Origin: Octopus vulgaris
Taxonomy: Eukaryota
NCBI GenBank assembly: GCA_951406725.2
Contig: OX597820.1
Location: 61,442,001-61,506,000, forward strand
Reading direction: 5' to 3'
Length of the DNA stretch: 64,000 nt
The notes below the pieces were generated by a model. That model was not told the origin of the DNA, did not search any database, and was given only the letters and a program-made list of their open reading frames with translations. The position numbers were made by a program, and so were the translations under genes. The stretch's first letter is position 1; each line of letters begins with the position of its first letter. Of the stretch, positions 25,821 to 37,881 are shown piece by piece.

Positions 25821-26029
25821 TAATTATCTCTTTATAAATGTCCTGAAAATTCTACACAGCCTTGGCTTTGTTGTCTTATTTTATTTAACATATACATGCT
25901 CATATAAGACCTACATTAGACTTCTTACTTGTATCATTATCCAACTGAGAGTTTCATTATGGTCCTTCCATAGCACTTACAGAGCCTTACCAGCCACCTT
26001 TGCTCTTCTGACTGCCAATATCTCCTACA

Positions 26030-26260
26030 TACAGGAGCTGGATAATATAATGGAAACGCCTAGCATCATAGCATCATAATTTTGAAATATCTATAAAACT
26101 GTCAAAAGCTTGTTTATTTTTATGTTTTTTTATTTATTATTAGTGTTGCTTAATATGTTTTTGTTAAAATTGCTGTTTCTTTTCAGATATCACCAGAAAA
26201 AGTTAATTAAAATTCATTAGGGATAAATTCTCGAAGGGAATGAAAAATAAAAACATTTAC
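26030..26260. mobile_element. Solo end of a Tc1-like element
   Basis: TA|caggagctggataatataatggaaacgcc start resembles a Tc1-type TIR; no partner found. Confidence 0.4.
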
Positions 26261-27874
26261 CATCTATTTGCTGAACCATGGTTTCTGACTAATTAGTGGT
26301 TTGGACTTTAGCTGTTCTTTCTAGTGTAAGGGATTCCTATGATGGAAACCTCTTTATGTGTTTAAATGTACACTGTATTTTATATAAATAATATATAGTC
26401 TATTGACTAATTTTTCTATACGCTTAGCCACTGGTAGTAAAAATTTCTAAAATCTTTATTACCCTGATATTATATATATATATCTATATATATATATATG
26501 TATATATATAACTATATATAACTATTTATATACATTTATATATGTGACAAAACACCATGACAAAATGTACTGAGTAGTTTGTTCCCCAGTTTGAACATGC
26601 ATCAAGTAATATCAGACTGATAATAACATAACAATTTCACTCATCACTGCTTAGTGCACCCCTTCTGTAATAAACCATAAAAGTCAGGAGATTTGAAAGG
26701 TGAATATGTATGTGTTACTTTACTTAGCATCCTTATGCCGTTTACAACCTTCTTCATTGGTATTAATTTCAGTATAGAAAAAATTATGATCACATGTTTA
26801 CATTAATATGCAAGCTCGGCATTATATAATACATTTGTCTATTCTTTTCTACTCTCGGCACAAGGCCTGAAATTTTGTGGGAGAGAGGGGGGGCCAGTTG
26901 ATTAGATTGACACCAGTATGCAACTGGTACTTAATTTATCAACCCCGAAAGGATGAAAGGCAAAGTCAACTTCAGCAGAATTTGAACTCAGAACATAAAG
27001 ACAGACGAAATACTGCTAAGCATTTCGCCTGGCGTGCTAATGTTTCTGCCAGCTCACTGCCTTATACAATTGTATATTCACAGATCAATGGAAATAAAGC
27101 GAGCTCATGAGAAACGTCATGGTTACACTAATGATTAATTTGTTGTGCATATGTGTTTGTTTTACTGTCTCCTTGTCTTGACATCAGGCAGTAGTTTTAA
27201 GTGAGTGTCACTGTCATGCATGAAGTATCCTTTGTTTATAATCTTCCGCATAATTACATCTGGGCATGGTGAAATATTACCTTACCTGGAGACAGGTAAT
27301 AGTTGGAGATGGAAATGGCATTTGGCTATACAAAACTTGTCAGATCCATGTGAGCATGAAAAAATGGATGTTTCGCAAATATTATTATTTATAATATTTT
27401 CAACCAAGATATTACAACTGTAATTAATTGTTAAAGTGCTTCACTTTTGTGTCTGAACATATATTTATTCAACTACTAACATTCATCAATGGTTTCTCCC
27501 ATTGCTTTGATGTACCATTTTCTGCCATTAATAAAACTGTTGGCAGTTTTGATGACATGGGTATGCTAGTAATAAAATAAAATACATTGATACTTCACAA
27601 CTTTCAATATTTGACTCACTACATATCAACTATGGAATTGTGTACATGTGTATTTGTAGAAGAAAGTGTTATGCCTTCTTTGTTTATTTATGTACTGGTA
27701 CATATGCATATGTATGTGTTTGTATATGCATAGACTTACATTTATTTATATATATATAGTCGCGCATGTAAGTGAATGAATGTATTTATCTATGTGTATG
27801 CCCATAAGTATTAATATGCTTCGTTTTTGGATTTGGTTTGCAAGATTCTTTATATGAGTTCGTGTGTTGAAGCA

Positions 27875-28565
27875 TATTCTGTTGTGTCTGGGGAGAGTCA
27901 TTTTCTTTTTGTGTCTTATAATTTAACACACTCACTGGTAAAATTTCCACTTATTTATTATTTTTATTTTCCTAAAATTTTCGTTGCATCTTGCAACCTT
28001 TTCAATAGTCTTGACTCCCTTAGGAAAATAAAAATAAGAAATAAGAAATAAGAAAAAAGAAAAATAAGAAATAAGAAATAAGAAAAAAGAAAAATCTCTC
28101 TATATATAAACGGCAGTTTGTCTGTGTGTGTTTCTGTGTGTCTGTTTGGTTGTACCCTCACTCTGACCACGGCTTTCAACCGATTCTGATGAAACTTGAC
28201 ACACACATAGCCCAATGTCATAATTCAAAACTAACGCAGCGAAAATTTTGAAAAGTTCCCCCAGTTCTGAAAAAGATCGATAAATTCGACATGGGGTCGA
28301 CAATCAGAAACAAACCACAGATGGTCTAGGGGACGCAACTCGACCTTTTTAACTATCAAAAAAAAAATTTATCATCATTTTTACCCCATTTTTTTGCTAT
28401 TTTTTGGCTATAACTCTCTAAAGATGCTTTATAGTTATTTCCGTTACAAACCCGAGCAACGCCGGGCGATACTGCTAGTAAGAAATAAGTGGAAATTTTA
28501 CCGGTGAGTGTATTACATTATAAGGCACAAAAAGAAAATGACTCTCCCTAGACACAACAGAATAT
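27875..28565. repeat. Fold-back element with ~100-bp arms; right arm interrupted by a Helitron
   Basis: atattctgttgtgtctggggagagtcattttctttttgtg...ggtaaaatttccacttatt vs aataagtggaaattttacc...cacaaaaagaaaatgactctccctagacacaacagaatat. Confidence 0.85.
28095..28478 (+). mobile_element. Non-autonomous Helitron
   Basis: A|TC 5' end, 3' hairpin cccgagcaacgccggg, CTAG|T 3' end, no TSD. Confidence 0.85.
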
Positions 28566-28660
28566 TAATATGCTTGTTTGTGTCTAAATATATATGAATA
28601 TATGCATGCTTGTTTATAAACGAATATGTGCTTATGATGTGTATGTATGTATATATGCAA

Positions 28661-28713
<53 letters not shown>

Positions 28714-29181
28714 TGTGTGGGGGTGTATGCAAGCCTCTGTGTGTGTGTGTGTGTGTGTGTATAGAAGGAGCTATAATCCAAGATGTGTCCTCATAAAGCA
28801 CATCTGTGCATTCCCTTAAGCAAATGTATGTATGTAGATGTTTTATTTTAAATGATACAATCTTATATACAAGCTGAAAGTCTTGGTGAATGATAATATC
28901 TGGGAAAATTACATATACTACCAATTCCGTTTTACATGTGTCATTATCGTACAGGAAATACATTATGAATATAAATATTATTATTAATCATAATGATATG
29001 ATAAACATAATTAAATCATAATAGTTGTACATATTGTTCTCTACGTGTATACAACTATTATGAATTCAGTATTATTATTGCTATTATTACTATTTGATGA
29101 AAACTCACAGCTTATTTTGCTGGGTATGAGGGAAAGTGTCAGCTGTCCATTATTGTTGTTGTTGTTGTTATAGACATTGCA

Positions 29182-29569
29182 GTGGAGGCGCAATGGCCCA
29201 GTGGTTAGGGCAGCGGACTCGCAGTCATAGGATCGCGGTTTCGATTCCCAGACCGGGCGTTGTGAGTGTTTATTGAGCGAAAACACCTAAAAGCTCCACG
29301 AGGCTCTGGCAGGGGATGGTGGTGATCCCTGCTGTACTCTTTCACCACAACTTTCTCTCACTCTTACTTCCTGTTTCTGTTGTACCTGTATTTCAAGGGG
29401 CCGGCCTTGTCACTCTCTGTGTCACGCTGAATATCCCCGAGAACTACGTTATGGGTGCACGTGTCTGTGGAGTGCTCAGCCACCTACACGTTAATTTCAC
29501 GAGCAGGCTGTTCCGTTGATTCGGATCAACTGGAACCCTCATCGTCGTAACCGACGGAGTGCTTCCATC
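29182..29569 (+). mobile_element. Young full-length tRNA-derived SINE with 12-bp TSD
   Basis: A box tggcccagtgg, B box ggtttcgattcc; TSD atagacattgca at 29170-29181 and 29570-29581; CpGs retained. Confidence 0.92.
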
Positions 29570-29589
29570 ATAGACATTGCACAGTATAC

Positions 29590-30367
29590 AATATCGTGAG
29601 GTTGTTGATTGAAGACATTGTTTCTACCAGGGGTTTGTACTGTTTGTCAAGTCACAAAGACTTCAGACAGACAGTACTTTACACAATATGTGTGCAGTTC
29701 CAAGTAATGCCAACTTTTGCAAGACACCTAGATTGTAGGGTATTTCTAAGGTTTTCAGATGTTTTTTTCAGATTGGGTGGTATTGAACCCAATGCTCTGA
29801 TGACAATAAGGATAACCTTTATGTTTGACTCTCATAGACACCACATTTTAGCGATCTCAATTTTCAGGTCTCCATATTTATCAACCTTTTCTCTTTTTTT
29901 CATGATAACATGTTGATCTTCTGGCACTATCATGTCAATTATTAAGCATTCTTGTTTGTCCCTCCTAAAGGTTACTATATCTAGCTTTCGGTGCTCTAAT
30001 ACTTTGTCTGTCTGGAAGTCAAAGTCCTAGATATTTTTGCCCTCCCCTTTTCGTCCATTACCTTTACCAGTGTATGTTGGTATCAGGCACACATAACCTC
30101 ATATCCATACTTATGGCAGAAAATAGCCACTGAAGGTTTTGGGTTACCTTGTTGTGTCTGTGCTTGCACTATTTCTGCACAAGACTTTCACAAGCATTAA
30201 CAATGTGAGTCACAGTTTTGACCCTCTTTCCACACATTTTGCAGAGGTTTATTGCACTTGTGTGGTAAATATTTCTTTTCACTAAGTTGGTATTCAATGC
30301 CTGGTCCTGAGCAGCGATGACTAGGCTTTCAGTATTCTTTTTTAGGTCACCCTTGTTAAGCTACCTC
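29590..30367 (-). mobile_element. R4/Dong-clade LINE 3' part (second family) abutting (TAA)n
   Basis: GDLKKNTESLVIAAQDQAL...CKMCGKRVKTVTHIVNAC...RHNKV, then DFQTDKVLEHRKLDI; 5' truncation at (TAA)n. Confidence 0.85.
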
Positions 30368-30408
<41 letters not shown>

Positions 30409-30629
30409 GTAGTAGTAGTAGTAGTAATAGTAGTAGTAGTAGTTTATAATTATGACAAGTTGTGGTGCACCTGAGCACTGTATACAATAATTTCATTATT
30501 ATTATTATTATAATGTATTTCCTACACTATAATGATACACATGTAACATGGAATTAAAAATGTACAAGATTTTCTAGTATTTTTACAAAATATATACTTA
30601 CTCTACAACTAATATCATATAGAATCATT

Positions 30630-31103
30630 CACCAGGACTTTGAAGAAACATGTGAAAGTGTCGACCTAGGAAGACATGGGATGAAGTGGTGAGAAAGGGT
30701 CTTTAGACATTGGGCCTTACAGAGAGGATGACTAGGGACTGAGACTTCTGGTAGTTTGCTGTGCTTGAGAAGACATGTCAAGCTAAGCCAAATTGTGGTT
30801 GTCCTCGCATACAAGCATATCCCCTGCATCTCTCTTCAGCTGAGCAATCCTAACTTTGCAGGCTCATGGATGCTGGCACATGTAAAAAACATCCATACTG
30901 GCACCACATAGAAGCACCTGTGCCATGTTGCATAAAAGCACCAAGTACACTTTGTAAAGTGGTTGGTGTTAGGAAGGGCATCCAGCTATCGAAATCATGC
31001 CAAAACAGACATGGAGCCTGGGCGTCTCTTCAGCTGGCCAGTTCCATTCAAACTGTCCAACCCATACCAGCATGGAAAATGGATGTTAAATGATGATGAT
31101 GAT
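30630..31103 (+). mobile_element. RTE LINE 3' end
   Basis: RPRKTWDEVV motif followed by the shared 3' UTR and (GAT)n. Confidence 0.8.
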
Positions 31104-31152
31104 ACATTTGATTTAAGGAATGTGCAGATATGTTTCATAAGGATATAGTCCT

Positions 31153-31545
31153 TAGGTGCAGGAGTGGCTGTGTGGTAAGTAACTTGCTTACGAACCACAT
31201 GGTTCCAGGTTCAGTCCCACTGCATGGCACCTTGTGCAAGTGTCTTCTACTGTAGCCTCAGGCCGATCAAAGCCTTGTGAGTGGATTTGGTAGATGGAAA
31301 CTGAAAGAAGCCTGTCTTATATGTGTGTGTGTGTGTGTACATGTATAAGTTTGTGTGTCTGTGTTTGTCCCCTCACCATTGGTTGACAGCCGATGCTGGT
31401 GTGCTTATGTCCCCATAAAAAGAGACCGATAGAATAAGTACCAGGCTTACAAAGAATAAATCCTGGGCTCAATTTGTTCAACTAAAACAGTGGTGCTCCA
31501 GCATGGCTGTAGTCAAATGACTGAAACAGGTAAAAGAATAAAAGA
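31153..31545 (+). mobile_element. SINE family A, full length
   Basis: Colinear with 55563-55950. Confidence 0.88.
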
Positions 31546-31554
31546 AAAGTCCTC

Positions 31555-31770
31555 TTAAACCTTTAGCATTCCAATTACTCTGTCAAATGCAGTGCTTATT
31601 TATTCTCATTGTTCTGAATTAATCATGCATTATTTTGTAGCCTTGAGATTTCAATGATGTTTGTTTATTTTCAGAATGACATTCTAGGGTAGGTGTGAGA
31701 GGCTAGATCTGGCCAGTTTCAACATAAAACAGGTAGAATATTTGGGCTGGATATGGCCAGTTTAAATATA
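31555..31770. mobile_element. piggyBac-type MITE (second family), opposite orientation to 44335-44558
   Basis: TTAA-acctttagcatt start; body is the reverse complement of 44335-44558. Confidence 0.75.
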
Positions 31771-31771
31771 C

Positions 31772-31807
<36 letters not shown>

Positions 31808-31859
31808 TGTATGTATGTATGTATGTATGTATGTATGTATGTATGTGCATGTCTGCCTG

Positions 31860-31965
31860 TCATTATTCAGTTTATTTCAAGATTTCTTGCCAATAGGATA
31901 AGAACCAGTTTCTAACCGAGATTCAAGGCTCCTTCTTTGGAATTACAACATCAAAAATAGGGTAT
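31860..31965 (-). mobile_element. R4-type LINE extreme 3' end between (TATG)n arrays
   Basis: Reverse complement of 12710-12815 and 16050-16150. Confidence 0.75.
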
Positions 31966-32394
31966 TTTGTTTGTATGTATGTATGTATGTATGTATGTAT
32001 GTATGTATGTAGGTAGGTAGGTAGGTATGTATGTATGTATGCATGCATGTATGCATGTAAATATGATTGTATGTATGTATAAAACAAGAAGATGGAATGA
32101 ACAGGCTTTAATCACAAACACAACAATGGTTTCTGTGCAATAATAACAACTGTTAGTTGTTGAGTTTTCCATATCATCCTAATACAGGATCCTATCGTTT
32201 CATGCCCCATTGTAATTTTAGCATTCTCTTTCTACCGAGTAACCTATAAATTCAACAGCCTATTGAAGTTCCACATGAATATCCTGCAAAAGGAGTAATT
32301 CTGCTGTATAATGACATATGGTAGCCAATAACCGTACAGAAGCTTTGAAATGCACATAATGAGGTTATTACTCAGATGATATTAAATACATACA

Positions 32395-32610
32395 AGGCAG
32401 CGAGCTGGCAGAAATGTTAGCACACAGGCAAAATGCTTTGTGGTATTTTGTCTGTCTTTACATTCTGAGTTCAAATTCTGCTGAGGTCGACTTTAGCTTT
32501 CATCCTTTCGGGATCGATAAATTAAATATTAGTTTCACACTGGGGGTCGATCTAATCGATTGCCCCCACCCTCTCCAAAATTTTGGGACTTGTACCTAGA
32601 ATAGAAAAGG
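32395..32610 (+). mobile_element. SINE family B, full length, with probable TSD
   Basis: ggcagcgagctggcagaaatgttagcac head, gagttcaaattc B-box-like motif; gatattaaatacatac on both sides. Confidence 0.8.
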
Positions 32611-32683
32611 ATATTAAATACATACATACACACACATATACTTTGTAATGTACGAGTTGTAAAGTATATGAAAATATTTTTAC

Positions 32684-32785
32684 TGAAATTAAGAGGATGG
32701 TGAAGCATGTCGTATCAGAAAACATTATGTGTGTGATAGTCTAGCAATGAGAAAATGTTATAGATATAAGGATTGCTTTATGTAT

Positions 32786-32846
<61 letters not shown>

Positions 32847-33074
32847 GATGAAGGGATATCCATAATATCCCAGAAACAGCTGAAAGACTATATTTCTTTC
32901 CCTATAAATGTCCTGAAAACTCACAGCCTCGGCTTTGTTAACTGTTTTTGTCTTATACATATATACATACATACATACACACACACACACATAGGGTTAT
33001 CCAAAATATCCCAGAAACAGCAGTAAGATTATATCGCTTTCCTTATCAATGTCCTGAAAACTCCCCACAGCCTT
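32684..33074 (+). repeat. Left arm of a ~390-bp inverted duplication (partner 35392-35749) with two tandem family C HHR remnants
   Basis: tgaaattaagaggatggtgaagcatgtcgtatcagaaaacatta...(TA)n...gatgaagggatatccataatatcccagaaacagctg...; same order on the opposite strand at 35392-35749. Confidence 0.9.
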
Positions 33075-33509
33075 AACTACATTAGATAGAGTGGGTTGAT
33101 AAATTTATTATATAAAAAATTGACAGTTACTTTTTGAGTTTCAACTTTGGCCATTAGCCATTCTAAATGTTACGTGTTTGCTTTTGTTTGTGTGTATACA
33201 AAGTAGTTTATCATTTTTCTTTCACCCTTTTACTACAGAAATCAAATATATTCTCTTGAAATGTTATTACCCTTAATTGCAACAAGCTGTTTTTTATACA
33301 TCAGTCTATCTTTTATTGAGAAATGTTTGGAGTTATTTTTTTTGATATTTTATTATATTTATTTTTGTTGTTGTTGTTGTTGTTAAAAAATGTTAAGTTT
33401 ATTGAAGCAAAGTGACTTGCAGAAAAATACCAATTCTATTTTCTGATAGATATTTAAAATCATTACTAGAGTAACCACAAAATTTTTATTTCGCAGTTAA
33501 CGGGTTAAA

Positions 33510-34740
33510 GTTCTAAAAAATTCAAAAAAAAAAACGAATAATGTTCAACGTGATTTATAACAAATTTAATACATTCCCTTTTGACACAACTAATCGTCTG
33601 CATCCTTTCCTCTTAAACCAATGATGCAAAGGTTCATAGCGCATGCGCTCGTTTCCTCTTTCACCTTTAGGAACATCATTATACTCTGTAAATAGTGGAA
33701 TTTCATTATTACACCGTTTTGGGTATTTTTTTAAGACTCGTCTGCGTCTAATCAAAAGCAAAATCGTTTTGTAAAAAATTTGACTTATATATCGAATCCA
33801 AAACATTCAAGTTTTATTTTTGTAGGAAATGAGATAATATTTGTCTTCTATGTTGATATCTATAAACACCCGCCGCATTCCTTGTGTTTAAGATATTCTC
33901 CCCTCTTATAATTGCCACTACCTGAGACTTAGCATCAAACTGCTTTTTTTTTTTGATCAGCTCAGCTATGAGTGTTATCAACGAGGACTACATACATCTC
34001 CTAACTCGGACACGAAATCGTCTAATGTACTATTAATATCTAGATCCGTTATTTTTTCGCATCGCCACACAAATGTCCGGGACTCCGTCAACAAGAGATC
34101 AGAGTAGTCTCACTGCTGCTGATTGCACCCGGTTGCTTCCCGTTTAATCATGAAATATTTCTCTAACGACTACATATCGTCGTTCTGCTATACTGCCGGA
34201 TATATATAAAAAGATCCTACCATTCTGTATGCATTTGGCTCGTATTTCAACTGGTATTGTAGACGATCTCTACAATGCCACCGTTTGTTCATTAAGGTAT
34301 GTAGTTTTCCATATCAATATATAAATGTTGTATACGACCAAATCACCGCAACAGTCGCAGAATCTACTTTTAACTATGCCTTTTAAATACACCTTTTCTT
34401 CTCAAGGTTCAGATCCTCCTCTTCTACTGTATTAGGTAGGTAGGCATTGGTTTTCCTCCAAATTCAATCATAGCTGTAGGTTAATTCTCATTAATTAATT
34501 CCACGAGTACATTTACTCCAAATAAATATTTTAGTTTCTCCGAATTATGCAATTAACACGGAAGCGCATTCCAAAACTGGTAAGTTTCATTTATTTATAT
34601 ATTTTTCATTTGGAGTTGACATTTCTATATTTTGTCTATTTGTTTGTAATTCCCAGTGAGAAAACGAATACTTCAGTAACCCGGAGTAAAGTGAAATTTA
34701 GTGAATTTCATTTTTTTCTTATTGATAACGATCGTAACTA
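33510..34740. promoter_or_regulatory. CpG-retaining unique region, probable promoter/first exon(s)
   Basis: CCAAT (~33618), palindrome gcgcatgcgc matching the NRF1/Ewg consensus (33639-33648), no recognised TEs, candidate donors AAG|gtatgt (34297, +) and CTG|gtaagt (34580, +). Confidence 0.5.
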
Positions 34741-34974
34741 TGCCATAAGATGGTGCTCCAGCATGACCTCGGTCAAATGGCTGAAACAAGTCAAAGAATA
34801 AAAGAAAACATATACATATATCGTTACTTAGTTAATACACACACACATATATATATATGTATGTATGTGTATATCTATCAGTCTATCTTCGGTAAATCAT
34901 AAATCCGAAAAAGAAACACACTCTTTTATAGAGCAGTAGAGAAAATAGATAAAGATAGATATGGCCGGTCTATG

Positions 34975-35033
34975 GGGTTACCCTGAGTTTCGCGACCATA
35001 AAGCTCTTAGCTTTACAGCGTTTCTTCAGACCC
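34975..35033 (-). ncRNA. Type I hammerhead ribozyme (family E) within a 104-nt closed hairpin
   Basis: gggt CTGAAGA aac gctgtaaagct aag agctttatggt cgc GAAAC tcagg GTA accc; enclosed by ggccggtctatgg/ccatagaccggcc (34963-34975 / 35054-35066). Confidence 0.72.
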
Positions 35034-35064
35034 TAAAACTCGTTGGCCTATGGCCATAGACCGG

Positions 35065-35124
<60 letters not shown>

Positions 35125-35141
35125 CTATCTATCTATATCTA

Positions 35142-35200
<59 letters not shown>

Positions 35201-35326
35201 CGTGTATATCGTTAACAGATACGGAAAATAAAATCTACACAGACTCAGTAATTTCATTTCAAAATTTTTACCCTCATAACGAAACAATTGCAAGTGATAA
35301 TTTATTCTAATTTGTCTCTATTTCCT

Positions 35327-35374
<48 letters not shown>

Positions 35375-35391
35375 CGAAAACAGATAAAGCC

Positions 35392-35749
35392 AAGGCTGTG
35401 AGGAGTTTTCAGGACATTTATAAGGAAAAGTAATATAGTCTTACTGCTGTTTCTGGGATATTTTGGATATCCCTATATATATGTGTGTGTATGTATGTAT
35501 GTATGTATGTATAAGATAAAAACAGTTAAAGCCAAGGCTGTGAGTTTTCAGGACATTTATAGGGAAAGAAATATAGTCTTACAGCTATTTCTGGGATATT
35601 GTGGATACCCCTTTCATCATATATATAAATATATATATATATAAACATGCATAAATCAATCCTTATATCTATAACTTTTTCTCATTGGTAGACTGTCACA
35701 CACCTTAATGTTTTCTGATACGGCATACTTCACCATCCTCTTAATTTCA
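35392..35749 (-). repeat. Right arm of the inverted duplication (partner 32684-33074)
   Basis: Reverse-complement colinearity, including the non-HHR flank. Confidence 0.9.
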
Positions 35750-36126
35750 TTCTTTCCAAAATTAGCCAACTATATCCTTAATACCTTGGCGAGGGAGAAA
35801 ATTAATAATTTCCATGTGACAACGAATACACCTGTAATTCCCTAATTACTTTCAAAAAGATACATTTGCTCTAGATCAGTGGTTCTTTACTTTTTGCATC
35901 ATCTATCTTCCTGAAACTCTCCAGTGTATTACCGTGACTCCTTTAATAAATTTTGTAATGGTGAACTTTGTGTGAAGGCAAGATAAAACAAAACTATTAA
36001 GATCCTAATTTATTGCAAATGTTATAAATAAAAGACCTTGAAAATGCTACAAGTGCTAAAAGAAAGAAAAAACGCATGGAACTACTAAGTACCGTACAAA
36101 ACCTATACATTCATTCAGTGTGAGAG

Positions 36127-37881
36127 TTAATATTGTTTTAGTACATTAAAGCGAGGAGCAGTGCTTGACAGACAACACCTTGTGTTAGCATCAGTCAGGA
36201 GCGTACTGTATACCTTCATTTTCAATGCCATCATTGTTGCGAATCTGGCCTTGCAGTGATAGGTTGAGAGGGACTGGATCAGCATGGTCAGTGCATGCAT
36301 CGAAAGAAAAGGATAATTGTCCTTCAGTTTCGCCCAAAATGTCAGAAGCTCTTGTCCAGAAAAGTCAACTTTCAACTGAGTATCCTCACAAATTTGAAGA
36401 AATTCTACCTTCACAGCAATATCAGTATCACTGAGGGCACTGTCCTTCACTGAAAAGGGTCTGCAGATCCACATATCAGTATAGCAGCTGTCCAGTCCTG
36501 GGAAGTAACTTTTGGTGGCATCAGTCACTGCAACATGAGCTGAGATCTTTTCATGGAAACTGCATTCGGCTTCTGGCATAGAATCCAGTATAGTTGTCAT
36601 CTGAGGGAAGAAAGTTGTGTCACTTCCTGAACTCTCTTCTGGTAAAGTTGAATCTTACACTTGAATGCTGCCACTTTGTCAGGAACTGTGTGCAGCATTG
36701 AAAGGTTTCCTTGGAGTGAACTGTTCAAGGAATTCACTTCAGAGAAGAAATCAATCAGGTAGGCAACCTTTGTTACGAAATAGTCATCTTGCATCTTTTC
36801 ATGAAGTAGAGTCTTTTTCAATGTACAACCTTGTTCCAACAATAGCATTATTTCCTCTCAAAGTTGTAGCACCCGATTCAGAACCTTGCCACATGAGAGC
36901 CAACGTACCTCTGTGAAACGAGAACAAAGAAGTCAGCACACATTTCTTCACAAAACACTTTAAAAATCCTTGAAGTTGTTACACTCCCTCAGATGTGGTT
37001 CACAATCTTCACAACAACTGTGAGCACTTCTTGAAGTCCAGGTGAAAGATGCCAAAGCATAATGATGAATCATGCAATGCGTAAAGGAGACATGCAGAGC
37101 TACATTCTTCGTGGAGGCTTTGAAGCCAGATTTACAACCAGTCATGGAAGGAGCTTCATCTGTACACAGAGCAACAAGTGCTTCCCAGCTCAGCTCATGT
37201 TTAAGGAGAAAGGCTTCTAGGATATTGAAAATATTTTCTCCATGAGTTGTGGCCACTGACTTAGAGAACAAGTTCTCCTCCTTCATAACTTCTCTGCCAA
37301 GGTAGCGAACATAAAACAAGGAGTTGTTAACATGAGGCAACATCTGTTGACTCCTCCAGTTGCAATGAATACACAGGACTACTCTTCACAGCAGTCCCCA
37401 CCTGCAGCAGAATATCCTCATTCATGTCCAAAATCCAATGTTTGACCGTATCATTTGAAAGGGAAATTACCCTGAACTGGTGTGCTTGCTGTTCTTCAAG
37501 AATCACCTTCATTGCTTCCAGAATACATGGCTTAATCAGGTCTTCACCAATGGTATGAGACTTCTTGGTCTGCATAATTTTTAGAGCAATTCTGTATGGA
37601 GCCTCCAGTGCTGCTTTGTTCTGACGAGCGAAGTGACCAGTGGAATCAATGCGACTGGCCTTCAGTGGAGCTTCTTTTTGCTTGAAATAGTCCGAGCTTT
37701 TGTCCACTATTTGGCTGTGGCAAGACTCAAAATAAACCTTCAATTTGCTTGGCTTCATGCTTTCATAACTCAAAAGCTTGGCGCAAACAACGTATTGCGG
37801 CTTGACCATAGAGTTCTGAATGATAGTTGTGAAACCCATCTTGAGAAAGGCATCATTGTATATACGCTTCTTGGCAGACAT
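36127..37881 (-). pseudogene. Frameshifted Buster-type (ZBED8/SCAND3-like) transposase
   Basis: MSAKKRIYNDAFLKMGFT...MKPSKL...HTIGEDLIKPC...ISLSNDTVK...SLQLEESTDV; CTDEAPSMTG...THCMIH; KVAYLIDFF...LQG; C-terminal STYHCKARF; split over four ORFs. Confidence 0.92.

Larger units (their letters stand above)
25415..25889. mobile_element. Non-coding PLE-derived element with ~128-bp inverted ends, each holding an HHR (family C)
   Basis: IR 25415-25542 / 25761-25889; spacer homologous to 39140-39290. Confidence 0.85.

Noticed and set aside
29182-29260. tRNA-like sequence with A and B boxes
   Set aside because: Head of a SINE bounded by a 12-bp TSD, not a stand-alone tRNA gene.
33491-33508. piggyBac-like terminus cgcagttaacggg|TTAA
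   Set aside because: No matching partner end found, so the element could not be delimited.
33555-33806. 83-aa minus-strand ORF in the promoter-like region
   Set aside because: No recognisable domain or clear splice context; overlaps putative promoter motifs.
36127-37881. Possible domesticated ZBED8/SCAND3-like host gene
   Set aside because: Frameshifts plus intact TIRs and TSD indicate a dead transposon.
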